A stretch of 64,000 nt of DNA from Candidatus Falkowbacteria bacterium (GTDB lineage Bacteria > Patescibacteriota > Patescibacteriia > Patescibacteriales > WJLG01). Positions 27,287-38,355 of the stretch are shown piece by piece (the stretch's first letter is position 1; every line of letters starts with the position of its first letter). Made by a program: the position numbers and the translations under genes. The notes beneath the pieces were generated by a model that saw nothing but the letters and a program-made list of their open reading frames with translations, ran no database searches and had not been told where the DNA came from. The stretch spans positions 389,618 to 453,617 of the forward strand of contig CAVVFV010000010.1 of the NCBI GenBank assembly GCA_963747695.1, read 5' to 3'.

Positions 27287-27799
27287 ATGACTCTCAACAA
27301 AGTAATGCTTATCGGCAATCTGGGCCGCGATCCGGAAATCCGGAATACCGCGACCGGCAAAACCGTCGCTTCTTTTTCCGTCGCCACCAGTATGGTCTGG
27401 AAAGACCAGTCCGGAGCTAAACAGGAAAAGACTGAGTTTCATAACATCGTCGCTTGGGGAAAGTTGGCAGAAATCTGCGGCCAGTATTTGAAGAAAGGTT
27501 TGAAGGTTTATATCGAAGGCCGTTTGCAGACCAGTGATTGGACCGGTCAGGACGGCGTGAAAAGATACCGCACCGAGGTTATCGCCGAAAATATGATCAT
27601 GCTTTCTCCGAAGGGCGGCTACTCGGGTGGTCAATCATCCGGAAGCAATTATGCTCCCCGCGCCGCCGCACCGGCGATGGGTGGCGAGCAACCGTTTGCT
27701 CCGTCTGAACCGATCATCGATATCGACAATCCGTCCGCGGGAGGCAATAACGGCGCTCCGGAGGAAGAAGAGATCAGAGTAGAGAATATACCTTTTTAA
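27287..27799 (+). CDS. ssb: single-stranded DNA-binding protein
   Basis: [19 protein letters not shown]... OB fold, Gly-rich linker and an acidic tail ending ENIPF. The tracked start (27230) lies inside the upstream palindrome. Confidence 0.92.
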   Translation: MTLNKVMLIGNLGRDPEIRNTATGKTVASFSVATSMVWKDQSGAKQEKTEFHNIVAWGKLAEICGQYLKKGLKVYIEGRLQTSDWTGQDGVKRYRTEVIAENMIMLSPKGGYSGGQSSGSNYAPRAAAPAMGGEQPFAPSEPIIDIDNPSAGGNNGAPEEEEIRVENIPF

Positions 27800-27806
27800 T
27801 AATTAA

Positions 27807-27903
27807 GATGCTAATCCGCAAATGAAGGCGAATGCCGCGAAAACCGCGAATAGTTTATTCGCATTTTTCGCGGCATTCGCGACTAATTCGCGGCATTCGC
27901 ATC
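27807..27903. repeat. ATTCGC/CGAATA palindrome family copy (ssb|rpsR spacer)
   Basis: GATGCTAATCCGCAAATGAAGGCGAATGCCGCGAAAA...TTTTCGCGGCATTCGC..AATTCGCGGCATTCGCATC. Ends 6 nt before the rpsR ATG. Confidence 0.8.
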
Positions 27904-27909
27904 ATATTT

Positions 27910-28134
27910 ATGTATAACAACCAACCAAAAAAAGAAAAGAAGTGCTTCTTCTGCTCCAACCAAGTGGGAGATGTTGATTACAAAGATACCCGGCTCTTGC
28001 GCGGTTTCGTGAATTTTCATATGAAGATTCTTCCTGCCAAGCGCACCGGAGTTTGTTCCTGGCATCAAAGAAAATTAGCCCAGGCCGTGAAACGTTCCCG
28101 CATCATGGCGCTTTTGGCCACCACTCATCAATAA
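27910..28134 (+). CDS. rpsR: 30S ribosomal protein S18
   Basis: ...CFFCSNQVGDVDYKDTRLLRGFV...KILPAKRTGVCSWHQRKLAQAVKRSR. The tracked start (27832) lies inside the repeat. Confidence 0.92.
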   Translation: MYNNQPKKEKKCFFCSNQVGDVDYKDTRLLRGFVNFHMKILPAKRTGVCSWHQRKLAQAVKRSRIMALLATTHQ

Positions 28135-28217
28135 TCGAAGCTTGAAAAACGAAATAAGGGATAAGATTAGCGATAGTCATATTTCAAGTTTATTTTTTCA
28201 CGTTTCCCGCAAATAAA

Positions 28218-28781
28218 ATGTTATCAATGGGCGATATCAAAGTCGGCAAGATCATCTTGAATAATGGTCAGCCGTACTTGGTCATCAAGACCGATCATCT
28301 GAAAGTTGCGATGCGCGGCGCAGTTTTGAAAGTCAAAGCCAAGAATCTGATCACCGGGAATATCCTGGACGACAGCATCCATGGCGCGGAAAAGATGGAG
28401 GAAGCCGATATTACGACGAAGAAAGTGAATTATCAATACCGCGATGAGCGCAATGCTTATTTCATGGACAATGAGACTTTCGAAACTTTCGAATTGCCGC
28501 TGGAAAATCTGGGTGGCAAAGAAATTTATCTGAAAGACGGCACGGATGTGAAGATGATGTATTTCAATGACAAACCGATCAATCTGGAATTGCCGATCAA
28601 GATGGATTTCAAAGTCATCCAGGCTCCGCCGGCCGTCAAAGGCAATACCGCGGGCAACATCACCAAGCCGGTCGAACTCGAAACCGGCGCCAAGATCGAT
28701 GTGCCGATTTTCATCAACGAGGGCGACGTCATCAAAATCAATACCGAATCCGGAACCTACGTCGAGAGAGTCAATCAGTAA
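28218..28781 (+). CDS. efp: elongation factor P
   Basis: 187 aa with a three-domain EF-P layout (...YQYRDERNAYFMDNETFETFELP...). The loop that normally reads KPGKG reads KVAMRGA. Confidence 0.88.
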   Translation: MLSMGDIKVGKIILNNGQPYLVIKTDHLKVAMRGAVLKVKAKNLITGNILDDSIHGAEKMEEADITTKKVNYQYRDERNAYFMDNETFETFELPLENLGGKEIYLKDGTDVKMMYFNDKPINLELPIKMDFKVIQAPPAVKGNTAGNITKPVELETGAKIDVPIFINEGDVIKINTESGTYVERVNQ

Positions 28782-28798
28782 GTTTCAAAATATGAAAA

Positions 28799-28822
28799 AC
28801 ACGCCCTCGGAGCGTGTTTTTT
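28799..28822 (+). terminator. intrinsic terminator after efp
   Basis: ACACGC-cctcgga-GCGTGT followed by TTTTTT. Confidence 0.75.
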
Positions 28823-28937
28823 GTTTCTATTGACATAACTCAGTTTTTTTGTTAGTGTAATTGGTTCGTCCTTTAGAAAATCCAATATTTTCAGTTTTTT
28901 TCATCTATCAACTTCACCCCTATAAAGGAGCGTTTTT

Positions 28938-29225
28938 ATGGATCCTTTGCGCATGTATCAGGTTCAGATTTTCGGATTCGTCGGCACGGTAGTTGTGGTT
29001 TTGATCATCGAAGGCCTTGTCCGCTATTTCATGAAATTCGCCGATGGCGAAAAAGAGGAGAAAGCCATCGTCAAAACATGGATTGGTCGCGTCCGCAACA
29101 TCGTAATCGTTCTGGCGCTGATTGGCTTTGGCTGGTCGGCCATAAGCATGGCGACTCAAAACCAGATCCCCCGCAAAGTTCTCGACCGTTCCGGTCTGCA
29201 GGATCAGATCAATAAAGATCGTTAA
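28938..29225 (+). CDS. hypothetical small membrane protein (two predicted TM helices)
   Basis: 95 aa with a GGAG RBS and hydrophobic segments FGFVGTVVVVLIIEGL and IVIVLALIGFGW. Confidence 0.5.
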   Translation: MDPLRMYQVQIFGFVGTVVVVLIIEGLVRYFMKFADGEKEEKAIVKTWIGRVRNIVIVLALIGFGWSAISMATQNQIPRKVLDRSGLQDQINKDR

Positions 29226-29272
29226 GGCGTTCTAAGAAAAATATCACCAATAACTTTTTCCAGGAGGTTTAG

Positions 29273-30133
29273 ATGAAGTCGTCTCGTTATTTTTCGCTAG
29301 CGGTTGTCGCGTTTATTTCGTTTATGTTTATGGGCTGCGCGGAAATCAAAAATGTTCCCGGCGGATATGTGGCAGCTCTTTTGACGCCTACCGGCTGGGA
29401 TGGTCAGATCCGCGAAGCAGGTCAGATCGATATTGGTCAGCTCGATGGTAGCGGCAGGGGCAATACCATGGTTCTGATTGAATCAACTTCCAAAACTATC
29501 AAGGAAACATTTGTTAAGGAAGCCGATCGGGATGACCGCATCTATACCAAGGATCTGAAGATGCCGCTCAATGCTGACCTTTATTTCAATGTGGCGGTAA
29601 ATGTCGATCAGGCCGGCCATATCAGCGATAAGGCGATTAAGTATATTTTGGCGACGATTACTCCTGCAAATACTAGCGACCCGCGGGTTAAGGAGATTAC
29701 GGTAGATATGATTTATCAGAATCTGGCAAAAATGGCTGTCAGGGGAAGAACCCGCGATCTTTTCACGACTTATAGGGATCATCAGGAAGTGCTTGCCAAT
29801 CAGGCAAAAATCAGCAAGGACGCGGAAAAAGTTGTTCAGATAGTCTTTGAGGCCAATCACGTTCCTATGTCGGTCGTCAATGTTCAGTTGAGTAATGTTA
29901 AACAGGATAAGGACATCGTTGAAGCGCAAACGAAGCAAATAGCGGCCAACGCTGATTCGATTCGGATTGTTCAGGTCGGTCCGGCTTTGCAGAAATATCC
30001 GGAGGCCCAAATATTATTTATCGTGGATGCAATAAAAAATGCTCCTCAAGGTTCCGTGATACTCATTAACGTTGGCGGAGATCAGAGAGACGCCAATGTC
30101 TGGGCGGCCGCTAAGAAATTCGCCAAACAGTAA
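29273..30133 (+). CDS. SPFH/band-7 (prohibitin-like) domain lipoprotein
   Basis: 286 aa with a lipobox FMFMGC and SPFH-like pattern (...ITVDMIYQNLAKMAVRGRTRDLFTTY...VPMSVVNVQLSNVKQDKDIVEAQ...). Confidence 0.5.
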   Translation: MKSSRYFSLAVVAFISFMFMGCAEIKNVPGGYVAALLTPTGWDGQIREAGQIDIGQLDGSGRGNTMVLIESTSKTIKETFVKEADRDDRIYTKDLKMPLNADLYFNVAVNVDQAGHISDKAIKYILATITPANTSDPRVKEITVDMIYQNLAKMAVRGRTRDLFTTYRDHQEVLANQAKISKDAEKVVQIVFEANHVPMSVVNVQLSNVKQDKDIVEAQTKQIAANADSIRIVQVGPALQKYPEAQILFIVDAIKNAPQGSVILINVGGDQRDANVWAAAKKFAKQ

Positions 30134-30269
30134 AGAGACCTCAGTATTAAGTCGAAATCAATCCTCTTATTCGCAATCGCGGGTGAGAGGATTTTTATTT
30201 GTCGACAGCTATTAAAAAATAAAACAAAAAGAGATCGTTGTGCACGACTCCTTTTTTATTTTCTATAAT

Positions 30270-31334
30270 TTATGCCGTTTCAGCCATTTCTTTCGCTTTG
30301 GCTTCAGCGACGATCGCTTTCTTGATATCTTTCATTATTTTGGGATTCTGCTTGAGGAAGGCTTTGGCGTTCTCGCGGCCGACGCCCAGTTTATTTTCGC
30401 CGAAGGCGTAAGAGTTGCCGAGCTTTTTGACGACGCCGAGTTCGGTGCCGAGATCGATCATATCGCCGGCAACGGAGATACCTTCGTTATACATGATATC
30501 GAATTCGCAGGCGCGGAACGGCGCGGCGACCTTGTTCTTGACGATCTTGGCTTTGACGCGATTGCCGATGATCTTCTCGCCTTGCTTGATCTGCGCGGCT
30601 CTTCTGACTTCGATGCGGACCGAGGAATAGAATTTCAGCGCGACGCCGCCGGTGGTCGTTTCCGGATTGCCGAAGAAGACGCCGATCTTTTGGCGGATCT
30701 GGTTGATGAAGATAACGACGGTTTTGGTTTTGGAAACCACGCCGGTTAATTTTCTCAACGCTTGGGACATCAATCTGGCTTGCAAACCCATATGTGAATC
30801 GCCCATATCACCTTCGATTTCTTTCTGTGGAACCAGCGCGGCAACTGAATCGACTACGACGACATCAACGGCATTGGAGCGGATCAAAGTTTCCAAAATT
30901 TCCAAAGCCTGTTCGCCGGTATCGGGCTGGGAGATCAAAAGATTATTGACGTCGACGCCGATCTTCTTGGCATATTCCGGATCCAGCGCGTGTTCGGCAT
31001 CAATGAACGCGGCAATGCCGCCGGCCTTTTGCACTTCGGCGATGATATGCTGGGCGAGCGTGGTTTTACCCGATGCTTCCGGACCGAAGATTTCAATAAT
31101 GCGTCCGCGCGGTACGCCGCCGATCCCCAAAGCCAAATCCAGCGAAACGCAGCCGGTGGAAACCGCGTCGACATCGGATTTCTTGGCTTCGCCGAATTTC
31201 ATAATGGCGCCATCGCCGTACTTTTCCTTGATCTGCGCCATGGCCAGCATCGCCGCGTCCAGCTTGGCCTTCTTATCACCGTCTTTAATCTCGTCACCTA
31301 TTACTTTTTTTTCGTCTGACATAAATATATTCAA
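30270..31334 (-). CDS. recA: recombinase RecA
   Basis: 354 aa with [20 protein letters not shown] and [19 protein letters not shown]. Confidence 0.97.
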   Translation of the reverse strand: MNIFMSDEKKVIGDEIKDGDKKAKLDAAMLAMAQIKEKYGDGAIMKFGEAKKSDVDAVSTGCVSLDLALGIGGVPRGRIIEIFGPEASGKTTLAQHIIAEVQKAGGIAAFIDAEHALDPEYAKKIGVDVNNLLISQPDTGEQALEILETLIRSNAVDVVVVDSVAALVPQKEIEGDMGDSHMGLQARLMSQALRKLTGVVSKTKTVVIFINQIRQKIGVFFGNPETTTGGVALKFYSSVRIEVRRAAQIKQGEKIIGNRVKAKIVKNKVAAPFRACEFDIMYNEGISVAGDMIDLGTELGVVKKLGNSYAFGENKLGVGRENAKAFLKQNPKIMKDIKKAIVAEAKAKEMAETA

Positions 31335-31395
31335 TTAAAAATTAAAAATGAAAAGTTAAAAATTACCCTTACATTATAATCCATAATAAAAATAA

Positions 31396-31470
31396 GGGCT
31401 ATATTGACGACTAATTATTTTTATGGCCTTAACCTTGATTTTTTGCAGGGGGGGGTAATATTGAAATATA
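31396..31470 (+). repeat. copy 1 of a ~75-bp shared upstream (promoter) module
   Basis: GGGCTATATTGACGACTAATTATTTTTATGGCCTTAACCTTGATTTTTTGCAGGGGGGGGTAATATTG. About three quarters identical by eye to 33101-33175. Contains CTTGAT...TAATAT. Confidence 0.6.
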
Positions 31471-31526
31471 ATAAATAAGTGAATAATTTATTAATTCACT
31501 TAAAATATCAAGGTAATAAAAAAAAT

Positions 31527-32747
31527 ATGAAAACCCCAGAACAATTCAATCCACACGATTTAGCGTATAAAAAGGTCGAAGATTTGCCAGAGGAAGAACA
31601 AAAAAATTATGAAAATGTTGAGGGCGGGTTTGTTGATAAAGACGCTGTAAAAACTTTGAAGGAAGCTGAGGAGGAAGCTGCACTTTCGCGGCGCGGCATA
31701 GGGTGGGGGGCCACATCAACAATGGATCGTCTCCAAGAATCAGCTATCCATGAAAATTTTGAGCGAGAAATTATTCCGCTAGAGAATAAAGAAAAAGAAC
31801 GAGGAACAATGGAAGAACACAATGTGCTGTGTTTTACCGCCAAAGGAGCTGGTTTACAAGATACTAAATTCGTCAGAAGCAATGGGGGTTATAATGACAA
31901 ACTTAAAATATTTACTTTATTAAAAAAAATCGGTACCGAATTTGTCCCTGATAAAAATAAAAAGGTTGCGTTTTGGAACCATTCTGAATGGGAAATAAGA
32001 GATGAATTTCCGGGACTTAACAAAACTGTAAAATCCTATATTCTTTATAATCCCAACAATAAAATGGGGTTTATTAATAACAGAAGTAATTATGATTATG
32101 TAGAAATTTTTACCGACACTTTGTTGCCAGGTAAAAATGAACATGGAGAATTACCGCCGGAAGATAAATATGCTCGCGGCTTAATGTCTGCCGGATCCAC
32201 AGAAAAGATAACTGATTTTCCTTGGCCATCCAGCGGCTCAGAGGAATATTTGAAAAGATTAAAAGAAAGGGCGGGTAACATCACTTCGAAAAACAAACAA
32301 GAGATTGAATTGCTGGAAAAACAAAACGAGGAAAAAGAAAGGGAAAAAGGAATGATCGATAAAGCCAATATTCTTTATGTTACTTTATCCGACAAAGAAA
32401 ACGATAAGATTTTATGGCACCTTCCTATTCACGGGGAAGCCAAAATGTACAAAACCTACATTACAAATGACAAAACCCAAGAAAAGAAAGAAATTATAGA
32501 AGTTGAATTTTTGGGAAAAATATTTCGATTTAAGGACAAGGGGGAAGGCTTAAACGGCTCGGTTGAAACATGGCAATTAACTGATAAAAATTGGCAATTT
32601 CCACAGTGGGGATTGTATACAGATAAACCTACCGGCAAAAAATATTCTCTTGATCCTACTCCCGCAATAGATCGTCAACATCTTGACGAATCGGAGAAAG
32701 AATATATCACTTCACTTCTTAAAAAAAGTAAGGAGGAAAGTTTATAA
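31527..32747 (+). CDS. hypothetical protein (AT-rich gene)
   Basis: 406 aa from the ATG at 31527 (the tracked GTG is at 31479). Lys/Glu-rich with no recognisable domain. Confidence 0.5.
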   Translation: MKTPEQFNPHDLAYKKVEDLPEEEQKNYENVEGGFVDKDAVKTLKEAEEEAALSRRGIGWGATSTMDRLQESAIHENFEREIIPLENKEKERGTMEEHNVLCFTAKGAGLQDTKFVRSNGGYNDKLKIFTLLKKIGTEFVPDKNKKVAFWNHSEWEIRDEFPGLNKTVKSYILYNPNNKMGFINNRSNYDYVEIFTDTLLPGKNEHGELPPEDKYARGLMSAGSTEKITDFPWPSSGSEEYLKRLKERAGNITSKNKQEIELLEKQNEEKEREKGMIDKANILYVTLSDKENDKILWHLPIHGEAKMYKTYITNDKTQEKKEIIEVEFLGKIFRFKDKGEGLNGSVETWQLTDKNWQFPQWGLYTDKPTGKKYSLDPTPAIDRQHLDESEKEYITSLLKKSKEESL

Positions 32748-32830
32748 TCAACTTGCAAAAATTCTTGGCAAATCGCTATCTTTCCTGGCAAGGATTCTTT
32801 ACGTTTAGTTTAAGATAAATATTTGGTTCC

Positions 32831-32862
32831 GCAGCAGTCTCACGCAGGGGCTGCTGCTTTTT
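32831..32862 (+). terminator. intrinsic terminator, member of the GCAGCAGTC hairpin family
   Basis: GCAGCAG-tctcacgcagggg-CTGCTGC followed by TTTTT. Near-identical to 33887-33920. Confidence 0.75.
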
Positions 32863-32902
32863 GTTAGTACAAATTTATAAATAAATAAAAATTTTCTTTG
32901 TA

Positions 32903-33052
32903 GCGCGCATTGGAAAATTTTGGATAAGACGCACAGCGTAGAAACCGTGCAAAATTGCGTTGTCCGAAGGCGGCGAGGCATCAGCCGAGCCGACAAGTAT
33001 AGCAATTTTTCTAGGTTTCTTAGCGGAGCGTCCCAAAATTTGTCCAGCGCGC
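32903..33052 (+). repeat. 150-bp rod-like imperfect palindrome followed by a T-run (possible structured RNA)
   Basis: The 5' arm GCGCGCATTGGAAAATTTTGG...AGAAACC...AAAATTGC pairs with the 3' arm GCAATTTTT...GGTTTCT...CCCAAAATTTGTCCAGCGCGC. TTTTTT lies at 33055-33060. Confidence 0.5.
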
Positions 33053-33100
33053 AGTTTTTTGTGCCACTTTTTTTAAAAAAAGTGGCAAAGTTTTTGAAAC

Positions 33101-33175
33101 GGGCTATATTGACGGCCGATAATTTTTATGGCGCCCCTTGATTTTTTATGGATGGAGGGTAAGATTAAACTATAT
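33101..33175 (+). repeat. copy 2 of the shared upstream (promoter) module
   Basis: GGGCTATATTGACGGCCGATAATTTTTATGGCGCCCCTTGATTTTTTATGGATGGAGGGTAAGATTAAAC. Confidence 0.6.
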
Positions 33176-33198
33176 TTTAAAGATAACTTAACAAAAAT

Positions 33199-33873
33199 AT
33201 GAAAAAAGCCTTAATTTTTCCGTTATTATTTTCGATTCTATTTTTGGGCGGCTGCGCCGGCTATTATTCCCAAAATCAAGTAAACGGTTTGATCAAGCAG
33301 GAATCGGCGGCGCATCAAGCGGAGATTAATAATTTAACTCAGCAAATTGGCAATTTAGAGAAAACAATTAATGATTTGATGCAAAATGCCAGTACGACCG
33401 TAGCGCAGTTAGGGTTACCCGCGGCAAATAAACAGGTGCCGGTTCCGGTCGCGGTCAGCAGTACTCCGGTCACCGGAACTGTAAGCAGCTCGGCAGTGAA
33501 AGGTAAATATGTCACTTATTTGGTTTCCAAGGAAAGTACTCTGAAGTATTGCAACGGAGGAGACGATAATAGCGATGCTTATCGCCAAACAATCACTACC
33601 GAAGTGGAATCCAATATTCTTTCCGCCAACGTAACTTCCGGGGCGATTTCGCAGGCCAATTTAGTCAAACAAATCTTGGCGTTAGCAGTTGATTGCGGTC
33701 AGGCAAATTTAAACTCCCTGGACATAAAGGTGGTGAATGGCGTCGTTGAAATTCCTCCGATTGATGGCTGGGCGGGAATTTCCATCGCGATGTGCAGCTG
33801 TATTCCCCAAGTTGAAGTGAATCTTCTGCGTTTGCCGGGCATTACTAAAGTCGTTTGGGAGACCGGTCAATAA
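33199..33873 (+). CDS. hypothetical lipoprotein
   Basis: 224 aa with a signal peptide and lipobox LFLGGC, then a coiled-coil-like segment. Confidence 0.6.
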   Translation: MKKALIFPLLFSILFLGGCAGYYSQNQVNGLIKQESAAHQAEINNLTQQIGNLEKTINDLMQNASTTVAQLGLPAANKQVPVPVAVSSTPVTGTVSSSAVKGKYVTYLVSKESTLKYCNGGDDNSDAYRQTITTEVESNILSANVTSGAISQANLVKQILALAVDCGQANLNSLDIKVVNGVVEIPPIDGWAGISIAMCSCIPQVEVNLLRLPGITKVVWETGQ

Positions 33874-33886
33874 ATTATTTTGCTGT

Positions 33887-33920
33887 GCGGCAGTCTCCTA
33901 ATAAGGGGCTGCCGCTTTTT
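33887..33920 (+). terminator. intrinsic terminator, GCAGCAGTC hairpin family
   Basis: GCGGCAG-tctcctaataagggg-CTGCCGC followed by TTTTT. Confidence 0.75.
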
Positions 33921-33936
33921 GTTTGGCAGAAGATGG

Positions 33937-33966
33937 GCAGCAGTCCGCTAATCGCGAGACTGCTGC
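33937..33966. repeat. GCAGCAGTC-CGCTnnCGCGA-GACTGCTGC hairpin
   Basis: GCAGCAGTCcgctaatcgcgaGACTGCTGC, 17 nt after the lipoprotein-gene terminator. Confidence 0.55.
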
Positions 33967-34139
33967 ATGGCAAGCTTACGATATTCTTAATTCCTAAATC
34001 TTGATTCATAATTCTGTTAATAATCTGGGTAAAACCTTTGATATAAAACCAGGATGGGCAGCATATCGGTGTAATTATTGTTTAATTTTAGCCAATTTAT
34101 AATTAATAATTTATAATTCATAATTTTAGCCGAAATCTC

Positions 34140-34168
34140 TTGACATCTTTTTCTTTTTCCTATAATAT
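34140..34168 (+). promoter_or_regulatory. candidate rRNA promoter
   Basis: TTGACA at 34140-34145, then TATAAT at 34161-34166 (15-nt spacer) or TAATAT at 34163-34168 (17-nt spacer). About 320 nt upstream of mature 16S. Confidence 0.55.
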
Positions 34169-34269
34169 TAACAACATTGAACAGACTACAATTTATTTAG
34201 GGGGGAGGCAAACAGGATATAAATCTTTTATGTCGCTGTTTTTTTCTCACCTAAATTGCACTCTGCTCA

Positions 34270-34282
34270 TGCTCTTTAAAAA
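34270..34282 (+). promoter_or_regulatory. boxA-like antitermination element in the 16S leader
   Basis: TGCTCTTTAAAAA compared with the rrn boxA consensus TGCTCTTTAACAA. Confidence 0.55.
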
Positions 34283-34486
34283 ATATTAAATAATCTATTC
34301 TTTTTGACGCTAGTAGGCGTCAATTCACAAAAAAAGCATCCCGCCTCGGCGGGATCCTAAAGTCGTCCTGATTTCATACTCAGGGCGCACGTACAGTATA
34401 TAGTCTTGAGAAATCAAGATTCTCTATATTTGGTAATCGGACTTCGGTTCGAGTTTACCCTTCGGCAACGAAGTAAAATTTTAAAA

Positions 34487-36474
<1,988 letters not shown>

Positions 36475-36667
36475 AGGGAGATGTAATATAAATCGGTGAG
36501 CGATTTATAGTTTAGTCGGCTTTCTTCAAGGTCCTTCAGAATTTCTAAAGGAAACCGGTAGAAGGAGAATTGACGCCTGCTAGCTGCAAAAAAATAGATT
36601 ATTTTATAGCAAGAGAAGATCTTCAACAGGTCTTTTTTTGTTGGCAAAATATATTTTTTCTCCAACT

Positions 36668-36703
36668 AAAAAAGCCTTGAAGACGACGAGGTCGCTTCAA
36701 GGC
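36668..36703 (-). terminator. intrinsic terminator of the 36709-37185 gene
   Basis: The minus strand reads GGCCTTGAAGcgacctcgtcgtCTTCAAGGC followed by TTTTTT. Confidence 0.75.
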
Positions 36704-36708
36704 CTATA

Positions 36709-37185
36709 TCAACCAGTTGCTGATCCCTCCTTGGGTAAATGTTCGGGATGTTTTCCGTAATATGCTTCCAAGCCTCCGTTCAGGACGTAATGTTTGAATT
36801 CGTCCCAAACGTCCGGCTGGCTATTGATCTCTTGCCAGGTTACTGACTCGTTGAACGAACCGGTAACCTCGTCTCTGATCTCGGGAAATTTCTTTTCACC
36901 GAGCAGTTTTGCTCCGAGAGCCTGGGCGCAATAGTAGCTGCCCATCTTGTCGGCGTCTGGTCGGCCGTTTTCGCCGGTGGCGCCGATACAATTCAAGCAG
37001 GAAAGCATTTCGATTTTGTTCAGACATATCCTGATCAGGATGAAAAAATCGAAATCCCTTTGCTTTAGGTTGGGGTCTTTTCTTATTTTTTCGATTTTTC
37101 CCTCGAAGGCGGAAAATATTTCTTTTTCCAATGACGTCTTATCTTTAAAAGGACAGCTTTCGCAGATCACTGGGTTTTTAGTCAT
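36709..37185 (-). CDS. hypothetical Cys-containing protein
   Basis: 158 aa with an N-terminal CESCPF and an internal CLNC. No recognised domain. Possibly co-transcribed with trpS. Confidence 0.5.
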   Translation of the reverse strand: MTKNPVICESCPFKDKTSLEKEIFSAFEGKIEKIRKDPNLKQRDFDFFILIRICLNKIEMLSCLNCIGATGENGRPDADKMGSYYCAQALGAKLLGEKKFPEIRDEVTGSFNESVTWQEINSQPDVWDEFKHYVLNGGLEAYYGKHPEHLPKEGSATG

Positions 37186-37221
37186 TATAGCCTCCTTCGA
37201 AAAAAAAGTGACAAACCCATC

Positions 37222-38214
37222 TTAAATTATACCGATCTTATTTTTGATATCCTTAATCTTTACCTTCGCTTGCTTTTGCAGCTTTCTTCCTCCCTTTCCA
37301 AGGATATTTATGGCTGCATTGTCGCTTATATTATAATACCTTTTCTGGAATTCTGTCAAGAATGATTTGACTATTTCGGCTAATTTTCCCTTAAATTCTC
37401 CATAGCCGGAATTGGCAAATTCGGCCTCGATATCGGATATTTTTTGGTCAGTCAATAAAGCATAAATATTCAGCAAATTGGAAATTCCCGGTTTGCTTTC
37501 TTTATCAAATGTAATTCCCGAACCGGAATCGGTGGTGGCACGCATGATTTTTTTAGCGGCTTTCTCCGGGTCATCCAAAAGATAAATACAGTTGGCATCG
37601 CCGCCTTCGGATTTGCTCATTTTCTTTAGTGGATTTTCCAAACCCATGATGCGAGCGCCTTCTTTCAGCGTTTCCGCTTTGGGGATTCTAAAAGTTTCAC
37701 CGAATTTATTATTAAATCTTTTGGCCAAGTCGCGTGTCAATTCCACATGCTGAACCTGGTCTTCGCCGACCGGCACCACGTCAGCATCATATAATAAAAT
37801 ATCGGCGGCCATCAGGACCGGATAATCAAAAAGCCCGACGCCGGGATTTTCCTGTTTAGCGGCTTTATCTTTATATTGCGTCATGTTTTCCAAATCGCTC
37901 ATGCGGGCGGCGGTACAATTCAAAATCCAAGCTAACTCAGTATGCTCTTCGATGTCTGACTGCTGGAAGATGATCGATTTTTTCGGATCAATGCCGGCCG
38001 CCAAATATATTTTAGCAATCTCAATCGTGCGCTCGGCTAATTCTTTCGGATCCTGCGGCACGGTGATGGCATGATAATCGACCACGCAAAAAATGCAGTT
38101 ATTATTTTCCTGCATCGCCACCCATTGTTTGATCGCACCCAAATAATTTCCTAAATGCAGATTGCCCGACGGCTTAATGCCGGAGAAGATCGTCTTTTTG
38201 GTTGGAGTATTCAT
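37222..38214 (-). CDS. trpS: tryptophanyl-tRNA synthetase
   Basis: 330 aa with IFSGIKPSGNLHLGNYLG (HIGH-type) and KMSKS. Confidence 0.95.
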   Translation of the reverse strand: MNTPTKKTIFSGIKPSGNLHLGNYLGAIKQWVAMQENNNCIFCVVDYHAITVPQDPKELAERTIEIAKIYLAAGIDPKKSIIFQQSDIEEHTELAWILNCTAARMSDLENMTQYKDKAAKQENPGVGLFDYPVLMAADILLYDADVVPVGEDQVQHVELTRDLAKRFNNKFGETFRIPKAETLKEGARIMGLENPLKKMSKSEGGDANCIYLLDDPEKAAKKIMRATTDSGSGITFDKESKPGISNLLNIYALLTDQKISDIEAEFANSGYGEFKGKLAEIVKSFLTEFQKRYYNISDNAAINILGKGGRKLQKQAKVKIKDIKNKIGII

Positions 38215-38355
38215 ATAAGATAAGTTTAGCTTTAATGTTCACGAAAATCAAGGGGAATAAAGCATTGAACTATTATGAAATTGACATAAAATATGGCCGG
38301 GATTAACATGGTGATAAGAGAGTCGGGTTCTTTAAAATTTACCAAGGAGGACACT

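Noticed and set aside
30652-31338. 228-aa + strand ORF (and 30240-30749) overlapping recA
   Set aside because: It lies antisense to an unmistakable recA CDS. It is Ser/Thr/Ala-rich and is a shadow frame.
32959-33000. SRP (4.5S) RNA domain IV in the apex of the 32903-33052 hairpin (GGCAUCAGCC versus GGAAGCAGCC)
   Set aside because: No GNRA tetraloop is correctly placed. The 5' side of the would-be symmetric loop has 1 nt instead of 4. The similarity is limited to one decamer.
34338-34358. Recurrent hairpin ATCCCGC-N3/4-GCGGGAT in the 16S leader (34338-34358), in the 16S insertion (36136-36156) and after the rmlC-like gene (60793-60812), as evidence for a shared mobile origin
   Set aside because: The shared part is only a 7-bp GC stem with different loops. 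That is too short to distinguish from chance convergence of stable hairpins.
38215-38292. A second T-box upstream of trpS
   Set aside because: Only about 78 nt of spacer are available and there is no GGUGGNACCGCG core, so no T-box is present.
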